Assembly: GCA_027021195.1 (NCBI GenBank) | Contig: JALUUW010000003.1 | Span: 4,843 to 68,842 of the forward strand | Reading direction: 5' to 3' | DNA from: Candidatus Pacearchaeota archaeon | GTDB taxonomy: Archaea > Nanobdellota > Nanobdellia > Pacearchaeales > GW2011-AR1 | Length of the DNA: 64,000 nt | Part shown: positions 7,625 to 16,588 of the stretch, piece by piece | How positions within the stretch are numbered: the first letter of the stretch is position 1 | How the letters are laid out: each line of letters opens with the position of its first letter | Program-made: the position numbers and the translations under genes | The notes under the pieces: generated by a model | Database searches by the model: none | Told to the model about the DNA's origin: nothing | Seen by the model: the letters and a program-made list of their open reading frames with translations, nothing else

Positions 7625-8668
7625 TTGGATAATTTTACAAAAAAGAAATATTTATATATTGGTACTTATTTTATGTATAAAATGATGAAATTGGATGTAT
7701 ATGACCGGAGAATTTTGGAGGTTTTAATAGAAAACTCCGAAGAGCAAATAAGCGCTATTGCCAAAAAGATAAGGCTCAGAAGAGAAAACGTTAACTATCG
7801 GATAAACCGCATGGTTAAATCAGGTCTGATAAAAGAATTTAACACAATCTTAAATGAAAGAGCGTTGGAGCTTTCCCACTATGTTGTTTTTGTAGAACTG
7901 ATTAAACTGGAAGAAAAAACAGAGCTGGAAATTATAGATTATCTCAGGAATAGCTCCTTTGTGAGCTGGATAGGAACTTCAGCAGGGAGATGGAGCCTGG
8001 TTTTTGATATAATAGCCTATGATAAAGGCTCAAATTTTGAAAAGATATTAACGGAGTTTCTCAAAAGATTTGGCGGAGATCATATTGAAAACTACGAGGT
8101 TTTGAGGCTGAATAAAAGAGATTATTTTGCATCAAAGTTAATTGGCAAAGAAAAATATTTCCATGAAAATGCTGAAAGCAAGGCCTCTCTTAAAAGATTG
8201 GACAATATAGATCTCAGAATACTTTCATTGCTAAACAAAAATTCAAGAAAAACTTTGGTAGAAATATCTTCTAAAATAGGCTTGACTCCAAATGGAGTTA
8301 ATAATAGGATTAAGGGCCTAATCAATAATGGCATTATAACAGGATATACGATTTCCATTAATTGGAAGAAATTAGGCTATGAGTGGTTCACAATACAAAT
8401 TAAGCTGCACAAGTATGGTGAAGAAGTATATGCCAAAATGGAATCTTTTTTCAGGAATCACAAGAAAGTGGTGTTTTACTACAGATATCTTGGAGGAAGC
8501 TGGGACTATGATATAGGGGTTTTGGTTCAGAATTCAGACGAATTAAGGGATTTTATCAATGAATTCAGGAGAAATCTTTCGGATGTTTCCAAAATCTCTG
8601 ATGTTTTTTTGACTCTTGAAGAAATAACAGGATATAAAATGCCTGAAGGGGTTTTTAATCCTTCTTAA
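7625..8668 (+). CDS. Lrp/AsnC-family transcriptional regulator with two tandem HTH_AsnC-like units
   Basis: LDVYDRRILEVLIENSEEQISAIAKKI and LDNIDLRILSLLNKNSRKTLVEISSKI are both Lrp-type HTH segments, each followed by a regulatory-domain-like region. Confidence 0.6.
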   Translation: MDNFTKKKYLYIGTYFMYKMMKLDVYDRRILEVLIENSEEQISAIAKKIRLRRENVNYRINRMVKSGLIKEFNTILNERALELSHYVVFVELIKLEEKTELEIIDYLRNSSFVSWIGTSAGRWSLVFDIIAYDKGSNFEKILTEFLKRFGGDHIENYEVLRLNKRDYFASKLIGKEKYFHENAESKASLKRLDNIDLRILSLLNKNSRKTLVEISSKIGLTPNGVNNRIKGLINNGIITGYTISINWKKLGYEWFTIQIKLHKYGEEVYAKMESFFRNHKKVVFYYRYLGGSWDYDIGVLVQNSDELRDFINEFRRNLSDVSKISDVFLTLEEITGYKMPEGVFNPS

Positions 8669-8689
8669 TTCGGCAACGAGATTATGCCC

Positions 8690-10177
8690 TCAGCTGTTAT
8701 ACCCCTCAACTCCGATAAAATTTGTTGAGCCTCCGCAGTCTCCAAGAGAGATACATGCATTATTCATCTCTTTCTTCCATGACTCTGAAAGGCACTCACA
8801 GTTTTTCACGCACTTTTCCTTTCCAGTCAGCCCTTTTTCAAATACTACTGTGCATTGAGTGTCTGCTATAGAGCATAAAGATTCAGCCTCAGTGTCCTCT
8901 TCCCAAAAATTAAATCCAGGGGCATTTTCAGGAACGCATCCTATTGAAGACCATTTGCAGTCTCTCCTGTCTTTATTCTCGCAGTCTTTTTTGGTTGTTT
9001 GAGAGGAGCAGTCCTGCCATTTATTTACTCTGCATGCAGCTGTCTTAAATCCGTCAATGTCGTCCTGGACACAGACTTCCTGCCTGAAATCCGCGCACGG
9101 CTCTATGCTTACCTCTCCGTTATAACACACCAGCCTGAAATGCCTGCTTCCAGGAAGGCTTTTGTCTGTCCCGCTTGCATCTGCGCACCATGTTTCCCCA
9201 TGCTTATATTTTTTTCCAAGATAATTGCAGCTTAAGTCTCTGCAGATGTTGTCTCCGTAAGTTGGCTTTACTCTGTCCTTTCCTCTTTCATAGGATTTGC
9301 AGGTGCTTCCCAAAAAATAATCGCAGTTGCCGCACCCGGATGATCCGGCATTTCCGTCTGCTGAACTAAATCCGCAGCTCTTTTCCTTTCCATAAGCCTT
9401 TGTCCAGTAGTTTTTGTCTTTTATTTTTGAGGCATCATAAATATTCGCAGGATTTCCGCAGCTGTCAACAAAGAAGACTTCATCTCTTCCTTCAATGCAC
9501 GTTGTTCTTTCTGAGGGTCCGCAGTTTGTTGCAAGCTCTTCTGCAGAGCATAAAAGCCCCTCGTAAAACTCTACATTGGAATCAGGAGAGCTCGCTTCCA
9601 TTTTTCGGCACTCTCTTTTTGTTATGAACTTGCATGTTCTTGCCATCTCTTCAGGATCCTCAAACACACATGCTCCTTTGACATCTGAAGTAGCAGAAGC
9701 AATGCATTCTATCTCGCTTCCTATGTTTGTCCTGAAGTCAGTTTCGAGCCCGTAAAGGGACGAAAGCCTTTTGCATCTCGTCTGCGTTACAAAAGCAGCC
9801 TGGTCTCCTATCAGGCAGCACCCAAGAGAGCATTGGGGGATTTCATCCATCTTCCCTTCGTTCCATACCCCTCCTGAATCCTCGCATACTTTTTGAGGAG
9901 TGTTTTCCATGCAGGTTCCCTCCTGGCTGTCTATGCAGGTTCCAAGCTTGCAATAAGAGGTCGCCTCGCAGGAAGTCGGGACTTTTCTGTATGAGCTGTC
10001 GCATTTATCCTGAGGAGCGTTCTGGCACCATGCATTGTTTACTGTTTTTTCGCAGCAGTATGAAACCTCTCCGACAGCTGAGACAATTGCAATATATGCT
10101 ATGACTGCCAAAAAAATCAGCGCAACTCCTGCTGCTAACCCTTTTTCAAAAACATTATTTGTCTTGTTTCTTCCCAT
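8690..10177 (-). CDS. Secreted Cys-rich protein (495 aa), N-terminal signal anchor. It is a paralog of the N-terminal half of the 1247-aa protein.
   Basis: N-terminal hydrophobic helix and ~50 Cys. It shares colinear blocks with 11026..14769 (e.g. CSLGCCLIGDQAAFVTQTRCKRLSS vs CQKGCCVLGDNAQFVTEKRCEKLSS, and C-terminal CISLGDCG). Confidence 0.6.
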   Translation of the reverse strand: MGRNKTNNVFEKGLAAGVALIFLAVIAYIAIVSAVGEVSYCCEKTVNNAWCQNAPQDKCDSSYRKVPTSCEATSYCKLGTCIDSQEGTCMENTPQKVCEDSGGVWNEGKMDEIPQCSLGCCLIGDQAAFVTQTRCKRLSSLYGLETDFRTNIGSEIECIASATSDVKGACVFEDPEEMARTCKFITKRECRKMEASSPDSNVEFYEGLLCSAEELATNCGPSERTTCIEGRDEVFFVDSCGNPANIYDASKIKDKNYWTKAYGKEKSCGFSSADGNAGSSGCGNCDYFLGSTCKSYERGKDRVKPTYGDNICRDLSCNYLGKKYKHGETWCADASGTDKSLPGSRHFRLVCYNGEVSIEPCADFRQEVCVQDDIDGFKTAACRVNKWQDCSSQTTKKDCENKDRRDCKWSSIGCVPENAPGFNFWEEDTEAESLCSIADTQCTVVFEKGLTGKEKCVKNCECLSESWKKEMNNACISLGDCGGSTNFIGVEGYNS

Positions 10178-10178
10178 T

Positions 10179-10967
10179 TTACACTAAAACTTCATCAACT
10201 CCGTATCCAGGAGGCCATGCAAGGCTTCTTGAAGCAAACTGGAATTTATTTCCGCTGTTGAGGTCTGTTAAAATATAGATTGTAGTGCCGTCGGATTGTT
10301 TTTTCTTCTCAACTTTCAAATCACGGTAATAGTTCATGTAGGTTGTTGTTTCAGCATCTCCGTATCTTGTTTCCCATGCAATTATGCTGTTTGCAATACT
10401 TAATAGTTCATAAAGATTATTGTTCAGGACTACTCTTAAATTGTCATAGCTTTCTGAAGATTCTTTTGTGAGAGTTAAGGAGTTGCTGAATGTAGCGACA
10501 ATTCTTTTTGGAAGCAGCTCAACATCAGGCTCTCCCTGCTTTAAGCTTACTTTATACCCTCTTTTCTCATAACTCTCTTTCATGGAATCAAAGCACTCTT
10601 TTGCCTTTCCTCTTATGTCTTTTTTTATCTCAGACTCAATGTGCTTTTTCAGCATTGGCTGCTGCACCACGCATGTTTTGTAGTACTCCTCAGTGTAGCA
10701 AAGATATTCTACTTTTTCATCATTATACAAAAAATAGTGTTCTGGCTTCAGGCTGCCACCCTGCATTGAAAGCCTTTCAACAGAATTTTTAATATCCTCT
10801 TCCATGCAGTTTTGAATAAATGCAGACGGATTCATGCTCTCGAGCCACAAATTAGACCCTATCTTTGGATAAAACAAGTAAGATAAAACACCTATAATCA
10901 CAATCATTATTGCAATTATGATGAAAATCGTCACTTGCCCCTTTCTTTTCCATGATATTTCCCGCAT
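10179..10967 (-). CDS. N-terminally TM-anchored protein (262 aa), paralog of 14771..15601
   Basis: Motifs shared with 14771..15601: QVTIFII (TM), SMQGG, YLCYT, PML, CFD. It lies 2 nt upstream of the Cys-rich gene. Confidence 0.5.
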   Translation of the reverse strand: MREISWKRKGQVTIFIIIAIMIVIIGVLSYLFYPKIGSNLWLESMNPSAFIQNCMEEDIKNSVERLSMQGGSLKPEHYFLYNDEKVEYLCYTEEYYKTCVVQQPMLKKHIESEIKKDIRGKAKECFDSMKESYEKRGYKVSLKQGEPDVELLPKRIVATFSNSLTLTKESSESYDNLRVVLNNNLYELLSIANSIIAWETRYGDAETTTYMNYYRDLKVEKKKQSDGTTIYILTDLNSGNKFQFASRSLAWPPGYGVDEVLV

Positions 10968-11025
10968 TTTTATTTAAAGGAAATCTGATTTATAAATGTT
11001 GATAGTTTTTAATGTTTTTAATAAA

Positions 11026-14000
11026 TTAAATTGATTCCGGCCTTAATATAATTGCACAGCCAGGATTTGTATTTCCTCCAAGATCTTCGCATTTGATGTA
11101 ATGCCTCTTTCCAGACTCCCACTCGCTGGTATGGGTTCTTGAAAATACATCTGTCATAGGCTTTGCATCCTCTCCTCGAATGTCAAATCCGCATCCATTA
11201 AAACTGTAATAGCATTTTGCATCTTCGTCTGTTATTACCTTTAACTCTCCCTCGCTGTAAGCCCTTACTATTTTTGGAGCTTCAGTGTCAAGCTCTAAAG
11301 TGAATACTGCATTTCCATAAGCAGTATTTCCTGCATCGTCTTCGCACTTTACATAAATATTGTAGTCTCCTTTCATCATAGTGTTGAAGTTCTGCTTATG
11401 CCTCCTGGAGAAGCTCTCAAAAAACAGAGTCATGTCATCATATCCTGAGAAACTGTAATAACAGGAAGACTTTCCATTCCTCGCCCCTCCGGAAGTCTCA
11501 ACTTCAAGGTCTACTGAGATTGGCTCGAACCATCTCTTGATTTTTCCCTGAGGGGTTATTGAGGTTATGTTAAGATTTGTCTCTGAAACATAGAGTGTAT
11601 AAACAAAATCCTCTTCATTTACATTTCTTGAAGTGTTCTCTGGAGGAAGCCATGGCTGGTCTTTGCACCTGATGTAAAAATTGTTTTCTCCTTCTGCAAG
11701 CCCTTTAAGAGTGGTGCTGCACTGCCATCCCAACAGCTCCCTCTCTGTTATTCCTGTTTTGCAATCCATTGAATTGCTCATTTCCTCATAGCTTTTTCCG
11801 CTTTCAGTGCTGTACCTGCATTCAGCAGGCTCACTTAGGTAAATCTGAAGAGGCGTTTCTGTAACATTATATTTCAGGAAACTTTCATCCTCTGGAACTG
11901 CAACTGTTCTTGAATGGTCTACAGCAGTTGTGTCTGGCCCTGAGTTAATGCAGAAATTCACCGTATACTCGTCAATATTGTAGTTTCCATGATAGTCCTT
12001 GCACTTAACATACATATTCATGTTTCCAAACATCTCTCTTATGTCTCCTGCAACATCATAGACGCTTAAGCTGTCCAGGCTTGGCATTGAAAATGAAAAA
12101 GTGTGGTTGAGAGTGAATGCATTTTGCTCAACAGGGTATCCTCTCATTTCGTCATATTCTGTTTTCTGGAAATCAAACTTGCACTGCGCAAATTCATCTG
12201 TTTTTAGGCTGAAGCTGACAGGAGTGAATTCAGGGATGCAGTTTCCGTTTTCCCTTCTTATCTCAACTCTTTTTGCATCTTCGTTATTGAACTTGTAGCC
12301 CTCGTCAATATCTCCTGCAGAAATTACAGGAGGATTGCTTTCATAAGGGATGCTCTCGCAGACAGGGTTTTCTGTTTCTTCATTAAGGATTCTGCATGCC
12401 TGCCCAAGGCTCTCGCATCTGTATCTTGTGCAAGGCATTCCTTTTTCAGCAAGCTCGTTGCATCTTTTGCAATTCTCTCCTCCTGCAGGAGCCTGCCATG
12501 GCATGCATGTAAACTCAACAACCCTTTCTTTTGTCTTTCCCCATCCAACAACTATGACATATACCATTATTATTACTGCTGCTGCCAGTGCGTATGTTCC
12601 AAAATTCAATCCCCATTTGAGCCATCCGACCTTCATTAGGCCAAGTATTCCTCCTGCAACCCCTCCTGCTACTGTCAGGACTGTTGCTGCATTTCCAGAC
12701 CTTCCCAAAGACTGGGCAATAAATGCTCCTGCAACTGTTCCTATTGCAAACCCTGCTGCTGCCCATGCGAATGCTCCTATGGATGTATATGTGGTAGAAA
12801 CAACTGCTTCAGATCCTGCAAAAATTGTCTTTGTTCCCAATAATGATGTTGTTGTTTCATAAGCTCCATAAGTGTAGGTGGTAGTTCCTATTCCCAAATG
12901 GCTAATGGCCATAATCAAGGTTCCAGCTCCTCCTGAAACTTCTCCAAGCTGCTTTATTACAGCCTGTATTTTATCCTCTTTAGGCTTTTTGCCAGAATTA
13001 CCGCTTATTGAAGAGATGTAATCATCAATTTCCTGGGGCTTTACATACTGGCCTTCTACAGGATCTGCATAATCCTTATATCTTTCCCATGAAACACTTG
13101 GAGACCGCGTTACTTTAATGTTATCGCTTCCCTCTCCAATATAATTGATATAGCTTCCGCAATCTCCGAGGCTGATGCAAAGGTCATTCATCTGCTCTGC
13201 AAAAACTCCTTTCTCGCAATTGCAGTTCTCAATGCACTCCCACTTTCCTCTTGAGTTTTTTTGGTATATGACAGTGCATTTTTGATTTGCCATTGCGCAT
13301 ATGCTGTCTGCAATAGAGCTTTCCCTTTGCCTGAACCCTCTTGGATATCTTCCAACGCAGACATCAAAGCTGAACCCGTCATCAATATTAATGTTTTTAA
13401 TCATGCAGTGCTTGTTTTTATTGCATTTTTCAGCCATGTTTCCCTGTGAATTGTAATCAAGGCACTTTGTAGCTTCGTTCACAACGCATGAGGCTACTGA
13501 AAAGCTTTTTCCGTTTTCCTCTATTTCTGATTCTGTGCAAAGCCCCCCTCTATAGTCACTGCATCCCTCTGTCTTTACTTCTCCATCAATACATATTTTT
13601 CTCCAGTGCCTGCTTCCTGCAGGATCTTTCCCTTCTCCTATATAAGAGTCATAAGCACACCAGCTCTCCCCGTTCTTTCTCTCTTTTCCGCCTGTCTCAG
13701 GAGATGCAGGGCAGTTTTTGTTTTTGCATATATAATCTCCGTCTTTTGCTTTTTTTCCTCCTGCCTCGTCTGAAGGCGCGCACATGCTTCCAAGGAAATA
13801 ATTGCAGTTTCCGCACTCTTCTGACTGAATATTGTCTGAATCAGGGTTGCAGCTTTCCTGTTTGCTTAACACCTTTCCGTTATTCCACGAAAAATCCCTG
13901 TCTGAGGAATAGATGTTTTCCCTGTTTCCGCAGGAATCAATCCAGTAAATCTCGTCTTTTCCCTCAATGCAGCTTATGCTTGCCTGCCTTTCACATTCAA

Positions 14001-14769
14001 CCCCCATTTCTTTAAATTCCGGATTTGAACATAGATGGTCTTTGTAAAAGTCTCCCTGAATGCTGAGGCATCTTGATTCTGTTGTAAATTCGCATCTGCC
14101 TCCTTCAAGGATGCATGCCCCTTCAAACTGGCTTGCAGAAAGAGCAAGGCATTCAAATTCTGTTTCAAGGTCTCTAAAGTCTTTTTTAAACCCGTAAAAA
14201 GATGAAAGTTTTTCACACCTTTTTTCTGTAACAAACTGCGCATTATCTCCCAAAACACAGCATCCTTTCTGGCATTCGCTTACTAAACATGATTCTTCAT
14301 TTTTCCATATTCCTCCTCCAGACTCGCATTTTTTTCTGGTGGATTTTGTTGTGCATAGCCCCTCATCTTCGTCAATGCAGCATCCTATCTTGCAGTCAGC
14401 AACTTCATCGCATTTTGTCGGAAGAGGATTGTCGCAGCTTTCAGTATCAAAAAACCCGACATCCTGGCATATTGCTCCGCTTTTTGTAACAGGGCAGCAT
14501 TTCCATGACTCTTCTTCTGCAGAAACAATTCCTATCTGTTTTATTGATAAAAATCCCACTAAGAGGCTTGCTCCTGCAGCAATGAGATTCCCAAGACTGT
14601 CTTTTCCTTTATCTCTTTTTATTATAATGGAGCTGCTGTCAGGCTGGCTGCTCATTCCTATAACATAGCTGGTTGCAGGACTCATATTAACCAGAAGGAA
14701 AATCTGGAACATAACAACAGCTAGCAAGCTTAGTTCTGTTTTTCTTTCCCTGATTTTTATTGACTTCAT
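11026..14769 (-). CDS. Giant secreted/membrane Cys-rich protein (1247 aa). It has a signal peptide, an N-terminal Cys-rich region, a central Gly/Ala/Thr-rich multi-TM segment and a C-terminal region with four repeated beta-rich domains.
   Basis: Signal-like N-terminus. Hydrophobic stretch ~aa 610–745. C-terminal repeats YVKCKDYHGN / YIRCKDQPW / YVKCEDDAGN / YIKCEDLGGN. Confidence 0.6.
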   Translation of the reverse strand: MKSIKIRERKTELSLLAVVMFQIFLLVNMSPATSYVIGMSSQPDSSSIIIKRDKGKDSLGNLIAAGASLLVGFLSIKQIGIVSAEEESWKCCPVTKSGAICQDVGFFDTESCDNPLPTKCDEVADCKIGCCIDEDEGLCTTKSTRKKCESGGGIWKNEESCLVSECQKGCCVLGDNAQFVTEKRCEKLSSFYGFKKDFRDLETEFECLALSASQFEGACILEGGRCEFTTESRCLSIQGDFYKDHLCSNPEFKEMGVECERQASISCIEGKDEIYWIDSCGNRENIYSSDRDFSWNNGKVLSKQESCNPDSDNIQSEECGNCNYFLGSMCAPSDEAGGKKAKDGDYICKNKNCPASPETGGKERKNGESWCAYDSYIGEGKDPAGSRHWRKICIDGEVKTEGCSDYRGGLCTESEIEENGKSFSVASCVVNEATKCLDYNSQGNMAEKCNKNKHCMIKNINIDDGFSFDVCVGRYPRGFRQRESSIADSICAMANQKCTVIYQKNSRGKWECIENCNCEKGVFAEQMNDLCISLGDCGSYINYIGEGSDNIKVTRSPSVSWERYKDYADPVEGQYVKPQEIDDYISSISGNSGKKPKEDKIQAVIKQLGEVSGGAGTLIMAISHLGIGTTTYTYGAYETTTSLLGTKTIFAGSEAVVSTTYTSIGAFAWAAAGFAIGTVAGAFIAQSLGRSGNAATVLTVAGGVAGGILGLMKVGWLKWGLNFGTYALAAAVIIMVYVIVVGWGKTKERVVEFTCMPWQAPAGGENCKRCNELAEKGMPCTRYRCESLGQACRILNEETENPVCESIPYESNPPVISAGDIDEGYKFNNEDAKRVEIRRENGNCIPEFTPVSFSLKTDEFAQCKFDFQKTEYDEMRGYPVEQNAFTLNHTFSFSMPSLDSLSVYDVAGDIREMFGNMNMYVKCKDYHGNYNIDEYTVNFCINSGPDTTAVDHSRTVAVPEDESFLKYNVTETPLQIYLSEPAECRYSTESGKSYEEMSNSMDCKTGITERELLGWQCSTTLKGLAEGENNFYIRCKDQPWLPPENTSRNVNEEDFVYTLYVSETNLNITSITPQGKIKRWFEPISVDLEVETSGGARNGKSSCYYSFSGYDDMTLFFESFSRRHKQNFNTMMKGDYNIYVKCEDDAGNTAYGNAVFTLELDTEAPKIVRAYSEGELKVITDEDAKCYYSFNGCGFDIRGEDAKPMTDVFSRTHTSEWESGKRHYIKCEDLGGNTNPGCAIILRPESI
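11601..11632. repeat. Second copy of the 32-nt exact repeat (inside the CDS 11026..14769)
   Basis: Identical to 6584..6615. Confidence 0.8.
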
Positions 14770-14770
14770 T

Positions 14771-15601
14771 TTAAAGCCCAGGAGGTATTATGCAGCTTCT
14801 CACTGCAAACCTGAATTTTTCTTTGCTGTTTTCATGCCTGACAGTATAGATTGTTTCTAAATCGCTTGTCTTGAATCTGTCTATATTGAATTGGGGATTA
14901 ATAATCATAAAGCCAAGATAGTCAAAATTGCAGAACCTTGCCTCTTGACTCAAAATCTCCTGCACAACAGCTGCAATATCATAAAATCTGCTTGGAATAT
15001 TCGCTTCAAGGTTTTCTTTTTTTGAGCTCTCCTCTGTTCTTGTAAGAGTAATCTCGCTGTCTGTTTTAATAATCACTCTCTTTGAGATTAAGTCAACTTC
15101 AAATCCCCTGTAATCCATGCTGACTTCATAATTCTGTTTTTCAAGATTGTTTTTTAATTCATCAAAACATACTTCCATGTCCTCTGCAATATAATTTTTT
15201 ATTTCTTTTTTTAGATGGCTCATCAGCATTGGCTCGTGATTTATGCAGGGAACATAATAATTTTGAGTATAGCATAAATAAGAGATATTTACAGGGTCTT
15301 CACCTTCAAACCTGAAGGTTTTGTAGAGCTCTGGTTCAATATATCCTCCCTGCATGGAGATTGTGCCAATAGCTTCCTTGACCTTGCCTTCAATACACGA
15401 GCTTAAAAAAGCTTCAGGATTTTTTTCAGGGCTCTTTCCTGTTTTTATAGGAGCTTCTCCCCTAAAGAATAAAAACGATGAAATTGCAACAACAACAATC
15501 ATGCCTGCAATTATGAAAATAGTAACCTGCGAGCGTTTTGCCTTTGGAAAAGCCCTTTTATTAAACAGCAGGCCTAAGGCACGAGTTCCTCTTTTTTTCA
15601 T
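14771..15601 (-). CDS. N-terminally TM-anchored protein (276 aa), paralog of 10179..10967. First gene of the four-gene minus-strand operon.
   Basis: Shared motifs with 10179..10967. It ends 1 nt before the start of the giant gene. Confidence 0.5.
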   Translation of the reverse strand: MKKRGTRALGLLFNKRAFPKAKRSQVTIFIIAGMIVVVAISSFLFFRGEAPIKTGKSPEKNPEAFLSSCIEGKVKEAIGTISMQGGYIEPELYKTFRFEGEDPVNISYLCYTQNYYVPCINHEPMLMSHLKKEIKNYIAEDMEVCFDELKNNLEKQNYEVSMDYRGFEVDLISKRVIIKTDSEITLTRTEESSKKENLEANIPSRFYDIAAVVQEILSQEARFCNFDYLGFMIINPQFNIDRFKTSDLETIYTVRHENSKEKFRFAVRSCIIPPGL

Positions 15602-15706
15602 ATTTACTTAAATATTTTGCTGCTTATAAATCTTGTTGGATATGCTGTCTTTGTCTTCTGTCCAGACTCTCCCCTGTTATTTTCCGGATATTGATTTCCC
15701 TTCAAG

Positions 15707-16447
15707 CTAATCCTCTGTCTCAACTCTTGGAGCAAGAATAAAATTAAGTTCAAGATGCTCTGTTTTAATATCCATTCTCAGAGGATGGTCATTTGCGAAT
15801 TTCAGTGTGGTTTTCTCAGAAAGCTTTGACCCTTTCATAAACTTCTGAAGATATTCCAGACTGTATTTTGCCTTGCAGTTTTCTGCTTCTATTTTTGCCT
15901 CGTCTCCTGAAAATTCAGACTTTGCTGAGTTTATTCCTTTAGCTTCTATTATAAACTTTCCATCTTCAATTATGAATGAGCATGCGTCAGCCACAACAGC
16001 GCAGTCTTCAATAGAAGCAATCAAATCTCCTGAATCCATGTCAACTCTTGAGCTGAATTCTAAGTTAGGCATTTCTTTATCCTCGCTTTCAACATCAATA
16101 AGGCCTAAGGTGAAGCCCCTCTTAATCTTGTCCTGAATCTCTATGCTCAATAAGTTCTCCTTTTTTTCCAGAACTAAAGAGCTTCCGGAACCGCATCTTT
16201 TCAGAATTTTTTTCAGGCTGTCTAAATTAATGCCCAAAACCTCTTTTCCAGTTTCAAACTGGGAAAAAGCACTTTTTGGAAGCCTGAAACTAACCATTGC
16301 AACATTTGCAGGATCCATTGCCGTAATGCTCATCCCGAATTCACCTATCTTAATTCTTACCTCTGTAACCAACTCGGAAATTATATCAACAGCTTTTGAT
16401 AATAATGCAGGGTCTTCAAGTTTTACTAGCATTTTAGCTTCTATCAA
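15707..16447 (-). CDS. pcn: DNA polymerase sliding clamp PCNA
   Basis: 246 aa. The N-terminal MIEAKMLV...ALLSKAVDIISELV...VRIKIGEFGMSITAMDPANVAMV is typical of archaeal PCNA. Two-domain length. Confidence 0.85.
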   Translation of the reverse strand: MIEAKMLVKLEDPALLSKAVDIISELVTEVRIKIGEFGMSITAMDPANVAMVSFRLPKSAFSQFETGKEVLGINLDSLKKILKRCGSGSSLVLEKKENLLSIEIQDKIKRGFTLGLIDVESEDKEMPNLEFSSRVDMDSGDLIASIEDCAVVADACSFIIEDGKFIIEAKGINSAKSEFSGDEAKIEAENCKAKYSLEYLQKFMKGSKLSEKTTLKFANDHPLRMDIKTEHLELNFILAPRVETED

Positions 16448-16588
16448 AGTACGGCTTGTTTTTTAAGTATTATTGTAATTAAGGATAAGGTATTTATTTA
16501 AACTTTGCCCACTCTTTCATAAGATGTTAAGTGAGCTCAGATTATTTTTTACAGAAGGAAGATTATTGAGCTAATTAAGAGATATAAA

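Noticed and set aside
12101-14668. Several 60–175-aa plus-strand ORFs (e.g. 12350..12862, 13488..14015, 14339..14668) inside the 1247-aa minus-strand gene
   Set aside because: They lie antisense to a long, paralog-supported CDS. They show low complexity or no motifs. They are typical shadow ORFs.
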